This document shows positions 1 to 13,000 of a stretch of DNA of 63,944 nt, piece after piece. A model generated the notes under the pieces. The model was not told the origin of the DNA. It did not search any database and saw only the letters and a list, made by a program, of their open reading frames with translations. How positions within the stretch are numbered: position 1 is the stretch's first letter; the number at the start of each line of letters is the position of its first letter. Location of the stretch: contig OZ024744.1 in the NCBI GenBank assembly GCA_964016885.1, positions 112,282,001 through 112,345,944 of the forward strand, in the 5' to 3' direction. The position numbers were made by a program, and so were the translations under genes. Origin of the DNA: Eledone cirrhosa. Its lineage: Eukaryota.

Positions 1-1528
1 GAATGGTGGGACATACTATGGTCACCCAGATAGTAAACCAAGTAATACAGAATGGGGTCATACCAAATGACTGGCGTAGCAGCATCATCGTTAACTGCTA
101 CAAGGGCAAAGGAGACGCCCTAGATGGAGGAAATTTATAGAGACATGAAGTTAGTTGACCAGGTCATGAAGGTCACAGAAAGAGTTATTGCACAACTGTT
201 TAGAGACCGAATTGATCTAGATGAACAGACAGCTAGGTTAGAATTAATGAATATAATGAAGAATTTAGCGTTAAAGTTGGTGTTCACCAAGGCTCCGTCC
301 TTAGCCTCCTCCTGTTTATTATTGCCCTTCAGGCTATAACAGAGGAGTTCAAGACCGGCTGCCCATGGGAACTTCTATATGCAGATGATCTAACTCTCAT
401 AGCTGAATCTATGTCTGAACTAGAGAAGAAATTCCAAACTTGGAAGCATGACCTAGAATGAAAAGGCCTTAAAGTTAACATGTCTAAGACTAAAGTTCTA
501 GTTTGTAGAAAGGGAAATAGGGCACAGGTGCCCTCTGGGAAATGGCCATGCTCAGTGCATAAAAAAGGACTAGTTAGAAATTCCATTCTATGCCCAAAAT
601 GCAAACTATGGGTACATAAAAGATGTAGTGGGATCACAGGTAAGCTATCTAAGAACATAGATTTTATATTTGGCCGGTGTTCAGGTGCAATAAGTAGCAA
701 GTGCCCACAGGATACTAGCTCTTTCTATTGCCCAGATGGCTCTATAGAAATAGTGGACACCTTCCGTTACCTGGGTGACAAAATCAGCAGTGGAGGAGGG
801 TGCTCTGAAAGTACGGCAGCCAGAGTTAGAACGGGATGGAAAAAGTTCAGAGAGCTTATACCGCTGTTGGCCACAAGGTTTTTTTCTCTAAAAGTGAAAG
901 GTAAATTATATGATGCTTGTAATATTACATGGCAGTGAGACCTGGGTGCTGTGTGCTGAAGACTTGCGTAGATTAGAAAGAAACGAAGCTTGCATGCTCC
1001 GATGGATGTGTAATAGTATTGTACGCGAACGGCAAAGCATAATTGATTTGAGAGAGAGACTAAGCATAAGAGGTATCAAATGTTGTGTTCTGGAGAGGAG
1101 ATTGCATAGGTATGGACATGTGATGTGTATGAAGGACAACAGCTGTATAAAAAAAGTGCAGAGTGATCAAAATTGATGGAAGCTACGGAGTGGGTAGACC
1201 AAGAAAAACCTGGGAAGCGGTGATAAAAACTGACCTTGCACACTTACACCTCTCTAAGACAATGTCACTGGATCGAGATCTTTCACACTATGCAGTTATG
1301 TAGAAGACCCGCCTTCCCTTATAAACAAACTTAAACCTACAGTCAGTAGGCACCTCTTAACCCAATATACACCATACTACAACCGACACCCGCTACTCAA
1401 ACCTGCCAGATACAGTTCTATACAAGCGAGACACTGTCACCTACCAATCTTGCCTCTAGTAGGACAAACCCGTCAAACCAATGCTAGCTTGAAGGATGGA
1501 CATTAAATGATGATGATGATGATGATGA
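1..1528 (+). mobile_element. RTE-clade LINE, decayed 3' half (RT and C-terminal region) with (GAT)n tail
   Basis: Frameshifted RT motifs GCPWELLYADDL, FRYLGD, LHGSETW, ERRLHRYGHV; Cys-rich insert KWPCSV..CPKCKLWVHKRC; ends in (gat)n at ~1509-1528. Confidence 0.9.
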
Positions 1529-1613
1529 TAGATATATTCATAAATATAGATATATTCTGATCTATCTGTCGAAACGGCCGGAGCTCAGCCCTCAGGGTCC
1601 TGAAACTGTTCAT

Positions 1614-2697
1614 ATCATCATCATTTCACGTCCGCTTTTCCCAGCTTGCAAGGGTTGGATGGGTCCTATTCAGCACAGCATCTCTCCACTTATCATGGTC
1701 CTTCGTCATCTCCTCAGTGAGTTTCAGTGATCTGCGGTCCGCTCTCACCATACCCGCCTATGTTTTTTGTGGTCTACCTCTACCACGTCTTCCTTCAACT
1801 GGCATTTCTTGACACTTCTTTACCCAGCGGTCATCCTCCATGCACATCACATGTCCATACCATCTCAGCCTTCTCTCCTGAACACTACAATTTATCCCTC
1901 TTATACCCAGTTTCTTTCTCAACTCGTCCATGATTGGTTGTTCACACACATTGACATTACACATCCATGTGCTTGCTTCATTTCTCTCCAGCCGTCGCAT
2001 ATCATCTGCAGTTGCTGCCCATGGCTCATTACCATGCAGCATCGCGCATCTCACTCAAGCATCATATAACCATCCTTTCGTACGCAGGGAGAAACCCTTC
2101 TTAGTCAACAGAGGAAGCAGCTCACTAAACTTCTTCCAACCTGTCCTTATTCTAGATACTATGGTCTCAGAACACCCCCCTCACATGCTAATCTGATCAC
2201 CTAGGTACCGGAAGCTATCAACCAACCCACCTGCATTGGAAAAATGTGTATCACTGTGATTACTACTGCCAAATTTCCCTGTACATCTGCATGCGTAGTT
2301 TTCCCTACCTGTTAGTTTGCCTGCTATCCCACTACATCTCTTGTGTACCCAAGATCTGCATTGTGTACATTTTATGGAATTTATGCCAGTTCCTTTCCTA
2401 CATATCGAACATGGCCATTTCCCTGATGGAATCAGAGTATTGTCCTCTCTTCTACTTATCAACACTTTTGTTTTAGCTATGTTCACTCTCAGTCCTCTTG
2501 ATTCCAACTGCCGTTTCCATAGCCAGAATTTATTCTCTAGCTCCTCTACTGATTCTGCTACAAGAACCAGATCATCAGCATAGAGAAGTTCCCATGGACA
2601 GCCAGTCTTAAACTCCTTTGTTATGGCTTGGAGGACTATAATGAACAAGAGAGGGCTGAGGACCGAACCCTGATGTACACCTACTTGTATCTGGAAT
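1614..2697 (-). mobile_element. RTE-clade LINE fragment, related subfamily with a different 3' tail
   Basis: ORFs 2181-2648 (GCPWELLYADDL) and 1758-2054 (ERRLRWYGHV..GRGRPQKT); minus-strand tail cccttgcaagctgggaaaagcggacgtgaaa(tga)n. Confidence 0.9.
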
Positions 2698-2803
2698 CTA
2701 TATATTTATATAGCAGCATGAAAGAACCTTTTATTTTTCTCTAAAATCATTTTTTCCAATTCCAACCCGCCCCTCTCCTCAATCTATCTTATTTCTTATT
2801 CTT

Positions 2804-2839
2804 TCTTCTGATGAAGGACTAGCGTCCGAAATGTTAAGA
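2804..2839 (+). ncRNA. Minimal type I hammerhead ribozyme motif in a Penelope pLTR-like repeat
   Basis: tctt-CTGATGA-a-GGAC tagc GTCC-GAAA-tgtt-aaga; the downstream tactgtaccgattgtgttgttatttc recurs at ~7397 and ~38086. Confidence 0.6.
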
Positions 2840-3032
2840 CCCTCTTCCTGTTATTTCAAGTGTTAACCTAATATATTCCTTCAATATACTGTACCGATTG
2901 TGTTGTTATTTCTGTTTACCTTACATACATATAAAGGAACGATCGACTTTCATCAAATCGGACCGAGGGAACAATGTTTCCGTTGGTCTTTCCAATTGCT
3001 AATACTATCTAGCGGTCGCAACTCCAGGTAGA

Positions 3033-3150
3033 AGGAGCAACGTGAAATAAAGTGTCTTGCTCAAGGACATAATGCATCGCCTGGTCCAGGAATCGAACTC
3101 ACAACCTTACGATTGCGTATCCAATTCTCTAACCACTCAGCCACACGCCT
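3033..3150 (-). mobile_element. tRNA-derived SINE head fragment
   Basis: Minus strand A box tggctgagtgg, B box gttcgattcc, then gtccttgagcaagacactttatttc core. Confidence 0.75.
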
Positions 3151-3465
3151 TCACTTACATACATATATATATATATATAAAAAAGGAAAACGGACGTAAA
3201 ATGATGATTATAATATGTAGGTACGTGATTCAAGATGTAAGTTCTCCACCCCAACATACCCTCTCAATGAGTTTTTTTCCTTTCTTTTTCATTATTATTA
3301 TTATTATTATTTCATTTTCATCCCTGCCTTGCTAACACGGAATCTCCCCTCCCCCCTCTGACCCCTCCCCATCCACACACGCGCACGCACACCGACCTAC
3401 ACCCCACCCCACACACACACCTTTTCCTGAACATGGAACCTCGTTCTTCCCCCAACTCTCACATT

Positions 3466-3504
<39 letters not shown>

Positions 3505-3746
3505 ACACCTACACACCACCTTCAGCCCTCCCCGCCTCCCTCTCCCCACTCCACCCGCCCGCCACCGCCCCACACCCTTCCACCACTTGTTTATCTTGAT
3601 GTTTATTTTTATTTTTATTATTTTTTTTATATTTATTTTCATGTGTACCCCTTCCACCCCCACCCTCCACCCTTTTTTTTTCTAAATGTCTCTCCCCCCC
3701 CACTCTCCTACACACCCTTGGAACTCTCTTCCCACACACTTTTCGC

Positions 3747-3774
3747 CTGAAGAAGCGCTTATGCCCGAAACGTC
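3747..3774 (+). ncRNA. Degenerate hammerhead core
   Basis: CTGAAGA-a-gcgc ttat gccc-GAAA-cg-TC; stem II has one mismatch and stem I is not formed. Confidence 0.4.
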
Positions 3775-3864
3775 CCCCACCCACCCCACCCCACACTCTC
3801 ATGAGCGTGAAACTAATAAACCTTTGTTCGTACTGCCTCTCTGTTTTGTTCCCGTTCCATTTTC

Positions 3865-3909
<45 letters not shown>

Positions 3910-4229
3910 TACATACATACATACACAGCAATCTATGATCTAATAAGAATATTGATTTTTGAATTGGTCACAAGGTGAAAGATTTTATTTGCAGGGAGAG
4001 GGATATATAGTAATTTTACTATTTTTATATTTTATAACCATGACACCACCAGAAACGTGGGAAAGGGTGGTGTATTGTTCGTATGGTTAAAGAGTTCACA
4101 CATCGCAACCAGATGGTTTTGTGTCCAGTCCTACTGTGTGTGTCAACACTTTGGACAGTGGACTGGTACTCGAACGGTCTTGCGTTTCACTAAGGCCTTT
4201 TCCAGTGAAATTTAATAGGGATGATGTCT

Positions 4230-5310
4230 TGACCCCCTGGACTTAACAGTAACTTTATCTTATTGATCTCCAGAACAATGAAAGGTAAAGTTGTCATAGG
4301 CAGGATTTGATCTCAAAACCTTGAAGGTTGTAACTAAATACCACCCAGAGATTTTTTTTTCTGGTATTCTAAGAATTCTGTCAATCTGCCACCCCACACA
4401 AGGTCATCAATTTGGGGATTGGGGGTGGGGTGGGGGAGTAAATTAAATTGAGCCCAGTGCATTACTGGTACTTTATTTTATTGACCCAGTAAGGATGAAA
4501 AGCAAAGCTAACCGTGGCAGGATTTATACTCAGAACGTAAAGGGATGTAACTATATGTCACAAAACATTGCACAACACTCTACTGACACTGCCTACCACT
4601 GCCCTACCATATCTAATAATTGTTTCTACTTTAGGCACAAGGCCAGCAATTACCCAGTGCATTACTGGTACTTTATTTTATCAACAAAGTAAGGATGAAA
4701 GGCAAAGTCAACCTTGGCGGGATTTGAACTCAGATCATAAAGGGACGTAACTATGCTGCAAAGCATGGCGTCCGACACTCCACCGATACTGCCAATCCAC
4801 CACCCTTTACCATATCTAATAATGATGGTTTCTGATTCTAACACAAGGCCAACAATTTTGGGGGAGGGGGAAGGGAAAGTTCATTAAATCGACCCCCAGT
4901 ACTTTATGGGTACTTTATTTTATTGACCCTGTAAGGATAACAAAGTTGGCCTCAATGTGGTTTGAACACAGAACATAAAGTGCAGAATACTGCAAGGTGT
5001 TTTGACTGATGCTCTCCTGATTCTTCTTCCAATCCAATAACTATAATCGAACAAGTAAACAAAGATGGAAAAGGAATTTGTGAATAAAAAGATTTCTGAT
5101 TTAAGCAGAGGGTCAGCAAATTTTGGGAGAAAAGCGAAGTTGATTAAATCTAACCCCAGTACATGACTGGTACTTTAGCTTATTGAGCCTGAAAAGATGA
5201 AAAGTAAAGTTGGCCTTGGTAAGATTTGAACTCAGAATGTCAACACACCGAAAACAAATACCACAATAGTATTTTATTTGATGTTCTACCAATTCTACCA
5301 ACCCACCACA
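4230..5310 (-). mobile_element. Cluster of ~5 copies of a second tRNA-derived SINE family
   Basis: Repeated ggcacaaggccagcaat..ctggtactttattttattgacccc..aggatgaaaggcaaagt..ggatttgaactcag; the same family recurs at ~17.8-18.8k, 30.7k, 39.9-40.1k, 42.6-43.2k, 47.5k, 49.4k, 58.0k and 59.3-59.8k. Confidence 0.8.
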
Positions 5311-6004
5311 CTCAGGCAAGTGGAATAAGTTAAGGTGAGAAAGAGAGAGTAAAGCAGAGAAATATGTAAACAAAAATTATAAATAAAGAAAACAAAAGAT
5401 GAAAAAAAAGGAGGCCTTACTTTGTTTTATGAGGTCAAGAAAGGAGAAGAAAAAAACCTTAGCTATGTAGATATGAATTAATATCTTGTACCACATGAAA
5501 CAATGTCAAAAAGTATAAAACATTCTCAAAAAGTATAAAACAGTACTATTGACTACATTAAATATTAAAATCTTCACTTTAGTTTACAGTAAATTTTCCC
5601 CCAAATCTGTCCACTAGTAATGTACCTATAAACATTTGAATTATCATCCTGCAGCACATGGAAGCACACAAGCAAATCAATGACTGCATTGCATTAAAAA
5701 TTAAAATATTTACTTAGTTTATTGCATATTTTCATAACAGTCTGTCTACTTATTTCTCACCTGAAATAATGAGTTAATCTTAAACAACAGCAAAGAAAGA
5801 AAATAAATAAATAAAACAAGAAAAAGAATACAAAAGCAAAAAGAAAAAATGTGTGGGAAATTCCAGTTGGCCGGCCACGCCCGCCACCACTGATGAAGTA
5901 ATAAATTGGTAAGATTTCATATAAGTAGTTGAGAAGAAGTCAGAGGGGAGGGAGAGTAATAATCAATACAATACACACACACATGTATATATAAGCATAT
6001 GTAT

Positions 6005-7400
<1,396 letters not shown>

Positions 7401-7540
7401 GTACCGATTGTGTTGTTATTTCTGTTTACCTTTTACATACATATATATATATTTATGAAAAGAGTCAGGACCCCGACGGCTGAGCTCTTGCCGTTTCGAC
7501 AGCTAGATTGTGTATATATATATATTTATATAATATGTCA

Positions 7541-8124
7541 GGTCACCAGTTGGTGCTACTGGTAACATGTATCCCAGTACAACCTGTCTCATGGTCGGGT
7601 CGTTGGCGACTAAACTGGCAACCCCACCAAGGGTGACTTTGGACATCCTGCAGGACTAAAAACAAAACCTGTCAAAGGGGCTCTTAAGAGTCAATGGCCA
7701 TCCAAAATCACTGGGAGAGATGACCCCTTAGCCTTTGTCAGGGCAGAATTCTAGGAGAAGGAAAACTCTGATATAACACCTGCAACCCTGATGGTATCCA
7801 ATGATGTTGACTTGTTCTTCTTTTTGGTAAATATCATCTTGGTTAAGAGAGTGGGACTGGCTTTGTGCAGTGCCTTTGCTCACTATAAAAGCTTCACGGC
7901 ACAGGCATTGCTTTATATCTGGAGATATCTCTGCACTTGTCATCACATGGTACCATGGGCCCAGCACTATGTGTCAATAATTGTCGCAAGTGTAGTGTTT
8001 GTACCAGAGTTTTCAAGTCGCTGGCTGGACTAAAAAGTCACACTCGTTCAGCGCATCGATAGGGGTTCTCCTACATGGATATAAAGTAGTGGCCGTACTC
8101 GAAAACAAGTTGGCAGCCACCATA
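7541..8124 (+). mobile_element. Bipartite non-autonomous RTE derivative (5' UTR joined to 3' end)
   Basis: RTE-type 5' UTR motif ggagaaggaaaactctga; 3' part encodes C2H2 finger CSVCTRVFKSLAGLKSHTRSAH*; 7786-8124 is near-identical to 36573-36914. Confidence 0.7.
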
Positions 8125-8125
8125 T

Positions 8126-8529
8126 GAAGGCACATGGCTTAGTGTTTAGAGCATTGGGCTTGCAATCGAAACGTTGTGAGTTCAATCTCAGACCAGGATG
8201 ATGTGTTGTTTCCTTGAGCAAGACACTTTATTTCACATTGCTCCAGTTTACTCAGCTGTAGAAATGAGATGATAGGGACTGAGGTCCATATCATTCCACT
8301 GCAAAGTGGTCGTGTAGGTGCCACGGAAAAAAAGCACCCAGCACTTACTGTAAATGAGGTTGGTGTTAGGAAGGGCATCCAGCTGTAGAAATCAAGCCAG
8401 AATCAGTTCCTGTATGAGCAAGACAAGGTCAGCCAACCGGACACTGCCCCCAACAGGAAAACCCGTCTAACCCATGCTAGTGTGGAAGAACGGACGTAAA
8501 ACGGTGATGATGATGATGATGATGATGAT
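8126..8529 (+). mobile_element. tRNA-derived SINE, family A, tail type 1
   Basis: A box tggcttagtg, B-box-like gttcaatc, core ccttgagcaagacactttatttc, RTE-like tail aacccatgctagtgtggaagaacggacgtaaaa then (gat)n. Confidence 0.88.
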
Positions 8530-8641
8530 ATATAAGCATATGTATGTGTGACGTGTGTTTTTGAAGACCCATCCACCCCTTGCTAGCAGGGAAAGCAGAT
8601 GTTAAAACAATGATGACAATGGTATATATAAGCATTTTATT

Positions 8642-8851
8642 TCATTTTACGTCCGCTTTTTCCCTGTTTGCAAGGGTGGGACGGGAACTGATTCTGGCTT
8701 GATTTCTACAGCTGGATGCCCTTCCTAACACCAACCTCAGGTTATATATATATATATGACGGAGAACTATGACAAGTGGAGAGATGCTGTGCCAAATAGG
8801 ACCCATCCAACCTTTGCAAACAGGGAAAAGCGGACGTAAAATGATGATGAT
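8642..8851. mobile_element. Divergently oriented 3' fragments of SINE A (minus) and RTE (plus) around a (TA)n tract
   Basis: Both carry the ttgcaaacagggaaaagcggacgtaaaatga tail in opposite orientations. Confidence 0.7.
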
Positions 8852-8860
8852 ATACATATA

Positions 8861-8925
<65 letters not shown>

Positions 8926-9406
8926 TCACCAATGTCCATTTTCCATGCGAGAATGGGTTAAATGAGTTGTCCCATTCTGAGACAAGTCAGATCAGGTGAT
9001 CGTTCCTGGCTCATACAGAACTTTCTGGCCTGATTTCTATGGCTGGATGTTCTTTCAAATGCCAACAACATTTTACAATATGCATGGGTGCTTCTTATCG
9101 TGGCACCAAAATATATAAATAAACAAACAAATAAATAAATACAAGTATACATACGTACATATACATATGTATGTATACTTGTATATGTGTGTGTGTCAGG
9201 ATGTTACCTGTTTTAAAGCATTATTCAACAGAGTACTCAATACTTGGGATATGAGAGTGTGACTATATTTGAGAGAGTCGGGGCCCACCAGCTGAGCTCT
9301 TACAGTTTCAACAGTTAATTTCCAACTATATATATATATATATATAAAATATTAAAAAAATAATGAATAAAACAAAGAAACAGTTCCTTATATTAAACAA
9401 AAAAAG

Positions 9407-9549
9407 TTCATTATTTAACGATCGTTTCTAGGACATACATGTGTTAGAATTGGTATGCATATTCAAAAGATCTATGTACAAAATTATACAAACTATCAAG
9501 GAGAATATACATACCATCACATATATATGCTGTCTTCAGAAATAATGAA
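9407..9549 (-). ncRNA. Type I hammerhead ribozyme with long stem II, inside inverted repeat 9357-9617
   Basis: Minus strand TTCATTATTT-CTGAAGA-[~105 nt incl. tggtatgtatattc/gaatatgcatacca]-GAAA-CGATCG-TT-AAATAATGAA; 10-bp stem I, palindromic stem III. Confidence 0.65.
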
Positions 9550-9750
9550 GTATATTTAAATAATGAACTTTTTTTGTTTAATATAAGGAACTGTTTCTTT
9601 GTTTTATTCATTATTTTATCTTGACTCTGTTTTCCGTTTATCTTTCACCGAAAGTGATTTTTGAATGCATCTCTTCTTTTCATGATATCCGGATTACATT
9701 GAGTTCTTCATACGGATTGGACACTACCGTAAACTTTTGGTAGATTTATC

Positions 9751-9819
<69 letters not shown>

Positions 9820-10007
9820 CATCATCATCATCGTTTAACGTCTATCTTCCACGCTAGCATGGGTTATACAGAGAGAGAGAGAGAGGGGGGGAGAGCGGAA
9901 GAGAGAGAGGGGGGGGAGAGAGAGGAAGAGCGAGAGAGAGAGAGGGAGAGGAAGAGCGAGAGAGAGAGGAAGAAAGTGAGAGAGAAAGATTACGGATATT
10001 ATCCATA

Positions 10008-13000
10008 ATCCAGGGTCTACTGCTGGATCTCTTGCCAGTTGGCTTTACTTTTAGAATATTTTCAGAGATTCTTTCCTGAGACATTCTAACCACATGTCCA
10101 TAGTATCAGAGCTGTGATCTCTCAATTCAGAGATTCTTTCCTGAGACATTCTAACCACATGTCATAGTATCAGAGCTGTGATCTCTCAATCCAGTGATTC
10201 TTTCCTGAGACATTCTAACCACATGTCTGTAGTATCAGAGCTGTGATCTCTCAATTCAGAGATTCTTTCCTGAGACATTCTAACTACATGTACATAGTAT
10301 CAGAGCTGTGATCTCTCAATTCAGATATTCTTTCCTGAGACATTCTAACCACATGTACATAGTATCAGAGCTGTGATCTCTCAATTCAGAGATTCTTTCC
10401 TGAGACATTCTAACCACATGTCCATAGTATCAGAGCTGTGATCTCTCAATTCAGAGATTCTTTCCTGAGACATTCTAACCACATGTCTGTAGTATCAGAG
10501 CTGTGATCTCTCAATTCAGAGATTCTTTCCTGAGACATTCTAACTCCATGTCTGTAGTATCAGAGCTGTGATCTCTCAATTCAGAGATTCTTTCCTAAGA
10601 CATTCTAACCACATGTCCATAGTATCAGAGCTGTGATCTCTCAATCCAGAGATTCTTTCCTAAGACATTCTAACCACATGTCCATAGTATCAGAGTTGTG
10701 ATCTCTCAATTCAGAGATTCTTTCCTAAGACATTCTAACCACATGTCCATAGTATCAGAGCTGTGATCTCTCAATCCAGAGATTCTTTCCTGAGACATTC
10801 TAACCACATGTCTGTAGTATCAGAGCTGTGATCTCTCAATTCAGAGATTCTTTCCTGAGACATTCTAACCACATGTCCACAGTATCAGAGCTGTGATCTC
10901 TCAATTCAGAGATTCTTTCCTGAGACATTCTAACCACATGTCCATAGTATCAGAGTTGTGATCTCTCAATTCAGAGATTCTTTCCTGAGACATTCTAACC
11001 ACATGTCCATAGTATCAGAGTTGTGATCTCTCAATTCAGAGATTCTTTCCTGAGACATTCTAACCACATGTCCATAGTATCAGAGCTGTGATCTCTCAAT
11101 TCAGAGATTCTTTCCTGAGACATTCTAACCACATGTCCATAGTATCAGAGTTGTGATCTCTCAATTCAGAGATTCTTTCCTGAGACATTCTAACCAGATG
11201 TCTGTAGTATCAGAGTTGTGATCTCTCAATTCAGAGATTCTTTCCTGAGGCATTCTAACCACATGTCCATAGTATCAGAGCTGTGATCTCTCAATTCAGA
11301 GATTCTTTCCTGAGACATTCTAACCACATGTACATAGTATCAGAGCTGTGATCTCTCAATTCAGAGATTCTTTCCTGAGACATTCTAACCACATGTCTGT
11401 AGTATCAGAGTTGTGATCTCTCAATTCAGAGATTCTTTCCTGAGACATTCTAACCACATAAACATAGTATCAGAGCTGTGATCTCTCAATTCAGAGATTC
11501 TTTCCTGAGACATTCTAACCACATGTCCATAGTATCAGAGCTGTGATCTCTCAATTCAGAGATTCTTTCCTGAGACATTCTAACCACATGTACATAGTAT
11601 CAGAGCTGTGATCTCTCAATTCAGAGATTCTTTCCTGAGACATTCTAACCACATGTCTGTAGTATCAGAGCTGTGATCTCTCAATTCAGAGATTCTTTCC
11701 TGAGACATTCTAACCACATGTCCATAGTATCAGAGCTGTGATCTCTCAATTCAGAGATTCTTTCCTGAGACATTCTAACCACATGTACATAGTATCAGAG
11801 CTGTGATCTCTCAATTCAGAGATTCTTTCCTGAGACATTCTAACCACATGTCTGTAGTATCAGAGCTGTGATCTCTCAATTCAGAGATTCTTTCCTGAGA
11901 CATTCTAACCACATGTCCATAGTATCAGAGCTGTGATCTCTCAATTCAGAGATTCTTTCCTGAGACATTCTAACCACATGTACATAGTATCAGAGCTGTG
12001 ATCTCTCAATTCAGAGATTCTTTCCTGAGACATTCTAACCACATGTCTGTAGTATCAGAGCTGTGATCTCCCGATTCAGAGATTCTTTCCTGAGACATTC
12101 TAACCACATGTCCATAGTATCAGAGCTGTGATCTCTCAATTCAGAGATTCTTTCCTGAGACATTCTAACCACATGTCTGTAGTATCAGAGCTGTCATCTC
12201 TCAATTCAGAGATTCTTTCCTGAGACATTCTAACTCCATCTACATAGTATCAGAGCTGTGATCTCTCAATTCAGAGATTCTTTCCTGAGGCATTCTAACC
12301 ACATGTACATAGTATCAGAGCTGTGATCTCTCAATTCAGAGATTCTTTCCTGAGGCATTCTAACCACATGTTCATAGTATCAGAGTTGTGATCTCTCAAT
12401 TCAGAGATTCTTTCCTGAGACATTCTAACCACATGTCCATAGTATCAGAGCTGTGATCTCTCAATTCAAAGATTCTTTCCTGAGACATTCTAACCACATG
12501 TCTGTAGTATCAGAGCTGTGATCTCTCAATTCAGAGATTCTTTCCTGAGACATTCTAACTCCATGTCTGTAGTATCAGAGCTGTGATCTCTCAATTCAGA
12601 GATTCTTTCCTGAGACATTCTAACCACATGACCATAGTATCAGAGTTGTGATCTCTCAATTCAGAGATTCTTTCCTGAGACATTCTAACCACATGTCTGT
12701 AGTATCAGAGTTGTGATCTCTCAATTCAGAGATTCTTTCCTGAGGCATTCTAACCACATGTCCATAGTATCAGAGCTGTCATCTCTCAATTCAGAGATTC
12801 TTTCCTGAGACATTCTAACCACATGTCCATAGTATCAGAGCTGTGATCTCTCAATTCAAAGATTCATTCCTGAGACATTCTAACCACATGTCTGTAGTAT
12901 CAGAGCTGTGACCTCTCAATTCAGAGATTCTTTCCTGAGACATTCTAACTCCATGTCTGTAGTATCAGAACTGTGATCTCTCAATTCAGAGATTCTTTCC

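Noticed and set aside
5890-5897. CTGATGA hammerhead core here and at ~16751
   Set aside because: No stem II, GAAA or stem I pairing
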